Below the pieces are notes generated by a model. It was given only the letters and a program-made list of their open reading frames with translations, was not told the origin of the DNA and did not search any database. Positions 1 to 9,894 of a DNA stretch of 64,000 bases are shown here, piece by piece. A program made the position numbers and the translations under genes. Position 1 is the first letter of the stretch. Each line of letters begins with the position of its first letter. This DNA is from Schizochytrium sp. TIO01 (Eukaryota > Protista > Bigyra: Labyrinthulomycetes), in the NCBI GenBank assembly GCA_004764695.1, contig SMSO01000032.1:7968483-8032482 (forward strand), read 5' to 3'.

Positions 1-732
1 TGGGCGAGTCTGCGTCTCACTCAGGTTATCAAGGGACCTGACGGCGAAAGTCTTGCCCGAAGTAGTGTCCGGGTCAAGGCTTGTGTTCTTGTCCATGAAG
101 AGCGGCAGGCGGATATCAACCTTCTTTCCACGGCGGAGGCGGATGTTGCGCGTGAGTGTGGCAAAGCGCGGGTGCGGGTTGATGAGCTCGTCAGGCAAGA
201 AATAAGATTCTGCTACAGATCCATGAGGCTTGAGGCCCTCGGGCACGCAAAAATCACCACAGCCCATGAGTGGCCAGGCCACAAGAGAAGAAAGACCTTC
301 ACCGGGCTCGAGAGCTGAGACAATTCGGCGACGGCGGTAGCGAAGACTCGTTTCGACGTGCTGAAGATCTTCAGAAAACCCGCCGTAAGGGCCATACGGA
401 GTAGCTTCAATCATCCACGCGCCATACTCAGGGTGCCAGGTCGCCTGCGGGACAATCTGCTTTTCTTTGAAAAGTTCCTCGTCCTCAGCATTAAGCTTGG
501 CAAGGAGATCATGTGCGCGAAGGCTCAGCTTAACCTTGCCATCAGGCATTGTCTTGAACACGTGAAACTCAAGCTCATCACCCCACAGAAGGACGTCGTT
601 CTTGCGGTCCTTCACCTTGTGGTACACCTCAAGAAATTGCACAATACCGTGCTCAATCACATAGTCCAGAATCGCGTGGTACTCAGGAGTGTCCTCCCAT
701 CGCATGGGGCTGCCGCTCTCCAGGAAGCCCAT
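1..732 (-). CDS. GCLC: Glutamate-cysteine ligase catalytic subunit (gamma-glutamylcysteine synthetase, group 2); 5' part, runs off the window start
   Basis: Not in the ORF track (no stop in window). Manual translation from ATG 732: MGFLESGSPMRWEDTPEYHAILDYVIEHGIVQFLEVYHKVKDRKNDVLLWGDELEF...WHPEYGAWMIEATPYGPYG...INPHPRFATLTRNIRLRRGKKVDI. This matches the GCLC/GSH1 hallmarks WGDE.E, W.PEY...MIE.TP..PY and HPRF..LT.NIR.RRG.KV. Confidence 0.96.
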   Translation of the reverse strand, partial: MGFLESGSPMRWEDTPEYHAILDYVIEHGIVQFLEVYHKVKDRKNDVLLWGDELEFHVFKTMPDGKVKLSLRAHDLLAKLNAEDEELFKEKQIVPQATWHPEYGAWMIEATPYGPYGGFSEDLQHVETSLRYRRRRIVSALEPGEGLSSLVAWPLMGCGDFCVPEGLKPHGSVAESYFLPDELINPHPRFATLTRNIRLRRGKKVDIRLPLFMDKNTSLDPDTTSGKTFAVRSLDNLSETQTRP

Positions 733-1979
733 GGTGCCGACACAGGTTTTGGTTTGATTGCTTTTCTGCTCCTCTTCCCAGGCCTTTGTCTTCTTCTTCT
801 TCGCCTTATATCGCCTTCTGTCGCCTTCAAGGTGCTATACACTGCTACTGCTATTACTCCCTATTTTGCTATTGTTATCCCTATATGATGCTAGTGCCCT
901 CGAGTGCCCTAGCTTTTGATCACCGCTCTTTCTCTGCTTGAAAGGAAGATCAATGAATCTCCGCTCCGGCACGTTCAACAAGACGATCCAAGTGGTCTTT
1001 ATGAATTTCTTGGGACGTGATTGGGGCTATGCTTCTTTGTTTAGGCCAGTGGGCAAAGAAGGGGAAGTCTTCTTAGTTCACGAGGTTTATGATGAGGAGC
1101 ACAAATTGAGGTCTACGCGGCCGTTTGCGCAGGAAATTCCGAGATTCCGCTCGGCAAATGTGCACGGCAAACGTCACTCACTACTGCTAAGGGTAGCGGC
1201 AAAGCAATCTTTTGCCGAGGTTCCTTCGTCAATCTTGATCTGTGCCGTCGCGTATGTTCACAAGTACAGAATAAACCGCCAGGAGGTCCGGATTTAAGAT
1301 CTTTGAACAGGTTTATTTCGAAGTTGGACTCGAAAACTTTGAACTTAAAACTTAAGCTTGGACTCAAACTCAGCCTCGGCTTCGTCAAGGCTTTTGCTTG
1401 ATCCAGTTTAGGAAGAAGACAAGAGCAATAGCAACAGCAACGAATAAAACCTACAAGACTAAGCACCTCGATGCAAACCAAGGCAGCTTAGATCTTATCT
1501 TCTTTTGTCTCCTCGCCGCTATTTTGCCAGAGCCCGAGCGGGGTCTCTCAAGACGCTCCCGACGACGACGCTTAACCCCTGGAGCAAGCAGACAAGCTTG
1601 CCAGTTGTGAAGCCAGCTACCACGCAGGCAGGCTAGCACCTCGTGCAGCCGCACAAGTTCCTCGCCGGCCAGGCCTCGTGGACCTCGCTGTCTCCAGCCT
1701 CGTTCGCAGTTTGTTTGGCCTTGGTCCCTCTCGCGAGCCTCGAGGCTCCTGCTCTGTGTGTTTCTTTCATCTCCTCTCTTCTCTTCTTTTCTTCTCTCTG
1801 AACGAAACAGAAAGAAATAGCTCAGGTACCTTAGTACCTACCTACTCGTACCTAACCTAGTAGAAACAGCCATCCTGGAAATCAATCCCTCTTTTCTGTC
1901 TATTCTTGAAGTTTCAAGTTAGAGCTCAATTGGACTTTGAGCTCAAAACTCAAATTCAGTTCCAAATTCGGGTTGAAAT

Positions 1980-2278
1980 TTCAAAAACCAACTTCAAACT
2001 CAAACCTCAAACTCAAACTTCAAACTCAACTTCAAACTTCAAACTCAAACTTCAAAGTCAAACTTCAACTTCAAACTCAAACTTCAACTTCAAATTCAAA
2101 GTCAAACTTCAAATTCAAACTTCAAATTCAACTTCAAATTCAAAGTCAAACTTCAAATTCAAACTTCAAATCAAATTCAAACTCAAACTCAAACTTCAAA
2201 TTCAAAGCCAAATTCAAATTCAAAGCCAAAGCCAAATTCAAAGCCAAAGCCAAATTCAAATCTAAATCCAAATTTAAA
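1980..2278. repeat. Degenerate hexamer tandem array (TTCAAA/CTCAAA/GTCAAA/GCCAAA)
   Basis: About 300 bp of near-continuous NNCAAA units, visible directly. Confidence 0.9.
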
Positions 2279-2742
2279 CGCAACTTCGATTTCGATTTCC
2301 TGCTTTAATTTCTCCCTTTCGTACTAATTAGTAAACTCTGAGCAAAACATTATTTTTTTATTTTTTTTACCAGGCTAACCCCCCACTAATGCGTCATCCA
2401 GGTACCCAACGAACGAATCAGCAAGTTGACTGAGATCTTGAGTTTCTCCATCTCCACGCTGCTCGCCGCCCTCCAAATCGGGCGCCAAGCCGCTGGGCCT
2501 TCACTCCCACACCCTTCTCCCTCGCCTGTGCCGTTCTTGCCCACTCTTCGCCCCCCCCTCATCCCTCACAGCTCAAGTTGACCCGCTCAGTATCCATTCT
2601 CTATTCTTCGTTGGACTCCGCTGATTTCAAACTTCTGCCATCGCGTCCAATGCCCAACCGGCCGTAGCGAATAGCCTAGTCACCTCCTACTGCGGCGCCT
2701 CCCTGCTTTGTCTATCTTCTTCCTTCGTCTGTCTGTTTTGTC

Positions 2743-2819
2743 TGTTTGTTTGAATTTGTTTGTTTGAATTTGTTTGTTTGAATTTGTTTGTTTGTTTGAA
2801 TTTGTTTGTTTGTTTGTTT
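2743..2819. repeat. (TTTG)n / TTTGTTTGAA compound microsatellite
   Basis: Repeated TGTTTGTTTGAATT units. Confidence 0.85.
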
Positions 2820-3866
2820 CAAGTTCGTTCGTTGTTCGATTTTTCATGGGTCCCAATCAGTCTCCGCTTTCTTCGCGGCGTGAACGAATGCAAAGCAGTA
2901 TCCACCCAAGTTGAAGCTGCTCTCGCTCAGGGCCGAGGGAGGCGGCCGCAAAGCCACGCCTGGGACTTTGACTCTGCGAGGCCTGGGCGGTCTGGAGAAC
3001 GAACGAATGAACGAACGAACGAGTCCACGGATACGGGTATGAGCGAAGCGCCGCACTCAACGCCTCTCACTTGGAGCCTTCGCCTTAGCCCTTTGAAAGG
3101 GGGATAAGCCGAGAGAGCATTGTGGAGGAGGTGATCGCCAGCCTCTATGGACACGGGAGCTGCGCGAGATGCGAGAAGGTATCAGGGTCGATCGGTCCGC
3201 AGCGCGAGAACGGAGTCCTTCGCCGTTCTTCAATTTGCTCGAACTTGAAGCCTTCGAAATTCGAGGTTGACGCCCACCTACCTTTACCTGCCTAATAGTA
3301 CCTATTACCTGCTATGCAAGTTTTGAAATTCAATCCTTGTGACTATGATGGACTCTTCTTTCTTCCTTTCTATTTTATTTCATTCGCGCCTTTTTTTTCG
3401 TTTCAACGCTGTTGTCTTTTCACAGTGGACATTGAACTATAGTCTACTTGCGCAAGTGCTCATTCCAAGGATACTCCACTGTACCCATACCATAACGTAG
3501 TGTAGAGGCGGCACAACCTGTTGAACTCAGGTATTTGGTAAGAGTCACATAGCTTGCCCTAAACACCCACCGCGCCGTCGTCAGATTTAGGTCTCTCATT
3601 TCTGTAACATAAAACAGGTGCTCTAATAGTGTATCTCCTATTATATGTGAAATAGCTGCACAAGAATAATGTATTGTTCGAATTCGGAGCAGCATGAGGC
3701 GCCTCCTTGTTTTATACAAGACTGAAGGTGATCCTTAGGGATGGTTTTTATATTACCAGACGGTCATAGCCACGTGTCCATACTCCGTGCGTCATGCACT
3801 TGCTGCATTTTCTTGGTTTAAGTAGTGGGGACTTAGATAATAGGGACCATAGGTGCCAAGGAGAAG

Positions 3867-3933
<67 letters not shown>
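3867..3933. repeat. (GATT)n microsatellite, ~17 units
   Basis: Perfect GATT tandem run. Confidence 0.97.
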
Positions 3934-4825
3934 CAATTGGCACTGGATTCAAGTTCGTTTGGTTGTTAAAGAGAACAATATTATGCAGCCAGATTCAAGC
4001 TTCAAGTTGATTGACCACCTCAGCATCTACTGAGCTTCTGCAGCAGATAGATCGAAAGGGATAGGATACGGCTGTCGTATTTGCCAGTTGTAGTACCTAC
4101 ATACCGATGAAAAGGCTCAAGCTGTAAAGTTTGTGATATGAGACATTTCAAGAGCAATCAAAAGACCGGACAGTTACAATGTGGGGTTCAATACATAAAC
4201 TATAACGATGGACACTGTCGAAAGCGTTGATTTTAGATTATCTCTAAACACAAAATTAAGACCACGTGCGCACCCATTTAGTCGAATCCCAAAACTATTC
4301 CTATGTAGGCAGGCGCCTTGATGTCTAAAAGTAGAGTACAACTACCTCAAATACGGCACAATCCAAAACTAAATAGAGTAAATCCCCTCCAAGTAGAAAA
4401 TTCATCCTACACTAACTTGTACTGTAATCCTGCTAGGCTGCCGTGCTAACAGGGTCTTATCACTGCTTGTAGCTGCCTAAGGTGGCATAGGGCGGTGATA
4501 GGATGGAGCAGTACTAGCACTAACTATAGTAGTTCAAATAGGATGCTGCTGCCTGCCTGACAGACTGACTGACTGACAGAGAGAGAGAGAGAGATTAACT
4601 ACGAGAGATATAGAGGAATCAGCAAATAGACAATCTGGGAAACTTGCTCTGTAAAGAGTTAGGGCAAGTAGGGTATAGCGGCTATACTTCACTTGGGTGT
4701 TTGAATCCTATCATCAGTCGATTGCTTCACTGCTGCTCCATTTGCCGGTCTTCCCGTTCATCAAATTCATTGCTGCTCCTCGCTCCCCGCATTCTCCGCA
4801 CTACCTTGCGTACGCTCTACCCACG

Positions 4826-5467
4826 ATGCTCCGCGCCGTTTCATCCTCCTCTGTTCGTGGCGGCGTCGCCTCGCGCGTCGCCTCCGGCCGTGTCTCTGCC
4901 CCTCATGGACAGACTCGCGAGATGAGCGCCCTCGTGGACAAGATCAAGGAGTTCTTCATCTTTGGACCTGGCCGCACCTCGTACCAGATCTTCCCCACCA
5001 AGAAGGACGGTGCTGAGCCCTATCGCTACCCCGCACCCGGCTCGCAGTCAGAGAATGTCTTCACGCCCATTCACGAGGAGAAGGATGACCCTTACAACAC
5101 CAACTACTATGTGCGCGACACCACCCGCAACCTGGCTCCTCCCTTGTACGTGATCAACGAGAAGGCTTCCCAGCTTCACCTTCCCAAGGCCGGCGAGGAG
5201 CCGCCCAAGGCAGGCTCCCCCGGTAACAAGAACCCTGCTGTGCTCCGTTACGATCCCTCCGGCACACGCTCGGCCATGTCCACCACATGGTCCGCCATGG
5301 AGTCCAAGCTTCAGGAGCACTTGCCTGTGCACCTTCCCAAGCAGTGGAACGCTCGCTCTGGTGTTGACGTAGAGGCTGAATGTGCTGCCAAGAACATCCC
5401 GCCCACCCCCGGCAAGCCCGCACCCTGGAGTGGCCCGCACAAGGAGGTCCGCGAGGGAGCCTGGTAA
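4826..5467 (+). CDS. NDUFA7: Mitochondrial complex I accessory subunit, NDUFA7/B14.5a/NUZM-like, 213 aa
   Basis: First ATG is at 4826. R/S/A-rich transit peptide (MLRAVSSSSVRGG...). Motifs DKIKEFFIFGPGR, YRYPAPGS and NYYVRDTTRN resemble fungal NUZM (EKLR...PNR, YR.P.PGS, NPYWKRD.RR), with a C-terminal PP.PG..W. Strong codon bias of a highly expressed gene. Confidence 0.75.
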   Translation: MLRAVSSSSVRGGVASRVASGRVSAPHGQTREMSALVDKIKEFFIFGPGRTSYQIFPTKKDGAEPYRYPAPGSQSENVFTPIHEEKDDPYNTNYYVRDTTRNLAPPLYVINEKASQLHLPKAGEEPPKAGSPGNKNPAVLRYDPSGTRSAMSTTWSAMESKLQEHLPVHLPKQWNARSGVDVEAECAAKNIPPTPGKPAPWSGPHKEVREGAW

Positions 5468-6287
5468 AAATATAACACGAAACCGACGACCGCAAAAACC
5501 TGTCTCGTAATTGTTCGAAGTAACGAGCGAACGACCTGCTGCAAAAAACGCGAAAGGCACAGAGCGGAAGATAGCGATACCGACACGTGCTTGCTGCGTT
5601 CTTTGAGGCTTCTTTCTAGTGGTTGACTTGCTCTCAAGTCGTCTGCTGTCTCGACCTACCTTTACTATCTCTCTCTCTCAACTGCGTACCTTCATACTTA
5701 CTTACTCACTCAATACCCGATCTTTCTCTCGGTCTATCGATTGAGAGATCACCATCACCAATACCAACACATACATACATACATACATACTGAATATGTC
5801 ACGGCTTCGAAGTCCTGTTTTTTTTTGTTCGTTTGTTGCTTTGTTTCTATTTTGAGCCTTGCTTTACTTATTTGATGTGCAGTCCTATTAGGCATGCATC
5901 TGGTGACTTGGGCACTCATGCTGCAGGATATGTAATGTTTTATGCATTAAAATGAGATTCCTAATGTTGCTGCCTCACGAACCTGTCTCGGACAGAGTGA
6001 GGTTGTCTGTTATACCAAACTTATTGTTAGGGATTACAGGCACCTTCGGCGCAAAAAAACATTCTTTTCTTTCTTTTCAAGAGAAAAAGAATGTGCAAAA
6101 CCTATTGCCGCTCTTGTGCCTAGCTCGCAAAGATTGTTTGGAGAGCTAGCCTTTTCGTGTGTTTTAAAAAATAGCTCGATCATATGACAGCAGGATATCC
6201 TAGCTTGAAAACAAAAGATTTAAATCATACACTGTTGAAATAGTAGAGATATGATATACTTATTCGTTTTTTTAACATGACAATCAA

Positions 6288-7325
6288 CTAAAACATAGAA
6301 TACGTCAGAACCTTGAGTTTCTCAAAAAGAGCCATGTTCACGGCAGTCGCAGGGGCATGAAATGCCATCCGCGCTCCAACTCCACGAAACATCCCAGACA
6401 CGCCCTCTGTCTGTGCTAGCTTAACGAGACCATCCAGCATGTGTTTATAGCGACCACTGGCAGCCTTGCTAGCCTCGGCGGCCTTAGCAGGATCTCTACC
6501 ATTAAGAGACACTTGTTGACGCTGTACCTGAAGACGTAACTTGATTATATCTAAGGGATTGGTGCAAAAGGAGGCACTCGCGCCAGCCAGAGCACCGCAA
6601 GACAAAAGAACCCCTAGCGGCAGCTCCGTTACGGTAGTACGTTGCATCTTTTCGTAGTAGTGCCTCTCGATAAAGCTCTTGAATTGCTCGTAAAACATAA
6701 AATACATTGCAGAAAAAGGCCCGAACGACATCACTGTAGCTCCGTACCCTCTGTAAAACCCAACCCATCCTTCTGTTCGCACAATCGATCGGACTGCATC
6801 GTATCCGCTCGAGTAAAAAGCGTCGCCCTGAGCTGCCTTGATATCCGCAACAACAGACGTTCGAGGCAAACGTTGAATTTGCATGCGCTCTTTAACTACA
6901 TCTACAGGAACCCAAAGAACGCAACTGATTGTCTCAGCAATCATTCCGCTCCAAAAGGTAATGGCAAAAGGAGGAGTTCCAGTGTTATCTGTATGCATGA
7001 GCTTGCTCAGTTGAGTTTTAGAGACTTCGTAAGAAGTGAAATAAAGACATGACGCAGGCATGGACCCGAGCACAGTTGGGCCAAATCCGCGGTACAGCCC
7101 TCGAAGTCCCTCCTGTTTCCAAATGTTGTTCAACCCATCGGCAAAGTTTTTATACAGCGCTTGATTTGGCGCTGAGGCGCTTCCTTGAAGCACTTTCCAG
7201 GTCTGGACCTGCATGCGCGCCTTGACCGTGTCAATCGGATGGCACGGAAACCGTGCCAAACCTCCAGCACCGGCACTGGCGAGCATTGTCGGCACGAGCC
7301 GCATCTCGTCATTATCGTTGCCCAT
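6288..7325 (-). CDS. Mitochondrial carrier family (SLC25) protein, substrate unassigned
   Basis: Three Px[DE]xx[KR]x[RK] signatures (PIDTVKARMQ, PVDVVKERMQ, PLDIIKLRLQ) plus EG.RGLYRG-type motifs. First ATG at 7325. Confidence 0.95.
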   Translation of the reverse strand: MGNDNDEMRLVPTMLASAGAGGLARFPCHPIDTVKARMQVQTWKVLQGSASAPNQALYKNFADGLNNIWKQEGLRGLYRGFGPTVLGSMPASCLYFTSYEVSKTQLSKLMHTDNTGTPPFAITFWSGMIAETISCVLWVPVDVVKERMQIQRLPRTSVVADIKAAQGDAFYSSGYDAVRSIVRTEGWVGFYRGYGATVMSFGPFSAMYFMFYEQFKSFIERHYYEKMQRTTVTELPLGVLLSCGALAGASASFCTNPLDIIKLRLQVQRQQVSLNGRDPAKAAEASKAASGRYKHMLDGLVKLAQTEGVSGMFRGVGARMAFHAPATAVNMALFEKLKVLTYSMF

Positions 7326-8038
7326 CTTGATTAAGCTGCCAGCTTGCTTGACAAGCGTCGAGCTTCGACAATGTACTGTACCTCGCTTTGCTTCAACCAC
7401 TCCGTTTTCCCATACAATATTTCCTCAACTTTTTCCTTCCTTCGCATTACAAAAGCCTACTTACCTACTATTGCTAGTAGGATCTACCAGTGAGATTAGT
7501 CCTAAAAGTCAAATCATAGTCCAAACACTAGACACATCGCCTCAATTCCTGAAGTATTAAGTCGGGCAGGTTCATTCTCGCGTGGCTTGAGGTACAAACT
7601 TAATCCAAATCATGATATGATTATGCAGAGCAAAACGCACATCGGAGTCAAGAAAAACATGCAAATGAACAACATCGAACGAAATTTCAATCTCGCGCAT
7701 CAAGGATAAAGACGATTTGCAGTTGAAACAGGCTACTTGTCTAATCAAAGACATGGGAACTAATGTTGAATACACAACAACAGTTGGCAACGCAAGAGAG
7801 GAGATCAAGAAGGATTACACGAGGATAATGTCCGATTGGGCTTTCTGACACGTGTTCGAAGAAGAGTCTAGCGACGTATCAAAACTAAAAGAGGACTTGA
7901 TTTTATAGTTCTCGAGTAGATGTAAGGGGAAGAGGGAAGCCCAAATGGCCGTGATCAAGCAAGAGCAAATAAGCTAGGAGCAAACATAGCAAATGCAAAG
8001 ATGCAACAATAATTTCGTTTCAGGTGCACAAAATAAAA

Positions 8039-8938
8039 TTATTCGTCGCTCTCCTTCTTCTCGTTCTTGTTGTTGTGCTTCTTGGCGAAGCGCAAGTTAC
8101 TGTATAACATCAAACGAATTGGCACACCAGAAGAGTGTTTTAGTTAGAATTCAAATCCTTTGTTGTATATCAGACTCTGTGTATCGAAATGAAAATCTAC
8201 CAATACAAGAGGCGAAGAGAAGTCACTTACCGGAGGTACTTGGGGTCGGAGCCCTTCTGGGACATGTAGCGAGCCTTGCGGAAGCGCTTGAGGCCAGAGT
8301 TGCGGTGAGCCTTGACGCTGTTTTATATAATCGTCATCAACATGTTAAGTTAGTCCAATAGTCCACTACGCGAATGGTCAACCCTTTTGACGGTGTCCCG
8401 CTATACATGTATTCATATGAGTTAATAATACCAACCCGTTTATTTGTACAAAATGACAACAACTCCATGAAAGAGTTGTCGATTGAACGTCCCCTAGCAC
8501 CTCTGCATCCCTGCCTTCGATCTAATGACGGCCACGATCATCTCCCGAAACATCACGCAGCTGAGCTTGCACCTCAAAGATAGCTAGCCGCTTTGAGCCT
8601 AACTAATCAGTGGTCGGGACGACTCCATATTAGCGACTAATATGGACAATGTCTGCCAGCCCCTATGGCGAGTTTGAGCAGCTCGTGAGCACAGCGTTGA
8701 AGAAAACGTGAACGTAGTCCCTGTGGATTGAATGATCGTCCTCAATCTCGTCAAAAGGCTTGACAGAAAAGTCCAAGAGGGCTCGGAGGCAAGAAGCTAG
8801 TGCCGATGAATGGGATGAGAGACATTATAGACCGGATGCGCCGTCCGGGTCGGCGCAACAGCGCGCAAGCGGGAAAGTAAATCACCGCGCAAGGACGTAC
8901 CTCTGGTTGCGGTTGGTGTGGAGCTTCTGCTTGACCAT
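8039..8938 (-). CDS. RPL29: 60S ribosomal protein L29 (eL29), 61 aa; exons 8938-8901, 8317-8231, 8099-8039
   Basis: Spliced product [61 protein letters not shown]. Introns are GTACGT...CAG (583 nt) and GTAAGT...CAG (131 nt), both with CTAAC branch-like sites. Exon phases join in frame. Matches the eL29 pattern K.K.HT..NQ..K.HRN...G.DPK.LRN.RFAKKHN. Confidence 0.96.
8377..8764 (-). other. Highly structured intronic element in RPL29 intron 1 (possible ncRNA or splicing-regulatory RNA)
   Basis: A 16-bp inverted repeat with 1 mismatch (8377-8392 / 8749-8764) encloses several internal hairpins. Confidence 0.5.
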
Positions 8939-9894
8939 GGTTGCTGCGTGCGAAGACTTGAGCCCAAGTGTTCTGCCTGCACGTCTCCAGTCGCGAACTA
9001 CTGCCCATCCGGGCGCGCCACCGAGTGGCAAGGGAACGCACCTGGCACCACTAGGGGTTAGGGTATTCTCCCGGAATTCCTTAAACACTAATATGTAGCC
9101 CGGAATTTCGATACATTTCAGAAACTATATAGCGCTCGCTCAGCTGTCCAACGGATTGGTGCTCTTTCTCCCGAACTACTAAGGGTCTCTGGGAAGTCTT
9201 AGGTGTGAAAGGATTGAACATTCAGGTAAGATTTACATAGAATAGCACTAGGGCTAGCAGACATTGGGAAAGACGGCCGAGGGCCGAGGTCAACTTGGCC
9301 CCAGCTTGCTTCTCGAGTGGAGAAGCAAGTCAATCTTAAGCCTGTGTCTTGGTGGACCTGGGCCAGCAGAGTCTGCACGTTGCTGAAATCAATTTTCAAT
9401 TTAGTGACAGACTTTTGTGACAAAAACTTGGTGAACTGCTCCCGTGTAAAACGGTGCTTACCTGATAGGGAGGGATTCAAGGGGAAGAAAAACCTGGGTA
9501 TGCAGCAGCAGCAGCAGCCGTAGCAACAGCAGAAGAGGAAGATATCATTGTAGAAGCCAGCGAGATCATAAGTCTTAATAGGTCATTTGGACGCGAGAAG
9601 GAGGAAATTGATTTGCTGGGACTGGCCAAGGAATATTTTGTCAAAGCTCTGGAGGATCTCAACAAGGGCTTATTGAGCAGCTAATGCTTGCGCTATAAGG
9701 TAAGTCTAGTTAGATTCAGGATCCAAGTACTGAAGCTCTAATTGACTCGTAAACCGTCAACCAAAGGTCCTCGAAATTGAGAAAATAAATCAGAAGTTGA
9801 AAAGGTTTTCCTACTCGAAAGACAAACAGGGATTCCAATTTAACATTTTAATTTATAAACTAGACAAAAACCTGACCCTGGCCATCCGTGCGCC

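Noticed and set aside
358-888. 176-aa + strand ORF
   Set aside because: Antisense shadow of the codon-biased GCLC gene.
1906-2308. Two low-complexity ORFs (FKLKLQ / SNSNF)
   Set aside because: TTG starts; they are by-products of the stop-free hexamer repeat.
8882-9088. 68-aa ORF ending [18 protein letters not shown]
   Set aside because: This is RPL29 exon 1 read through into intron 1.
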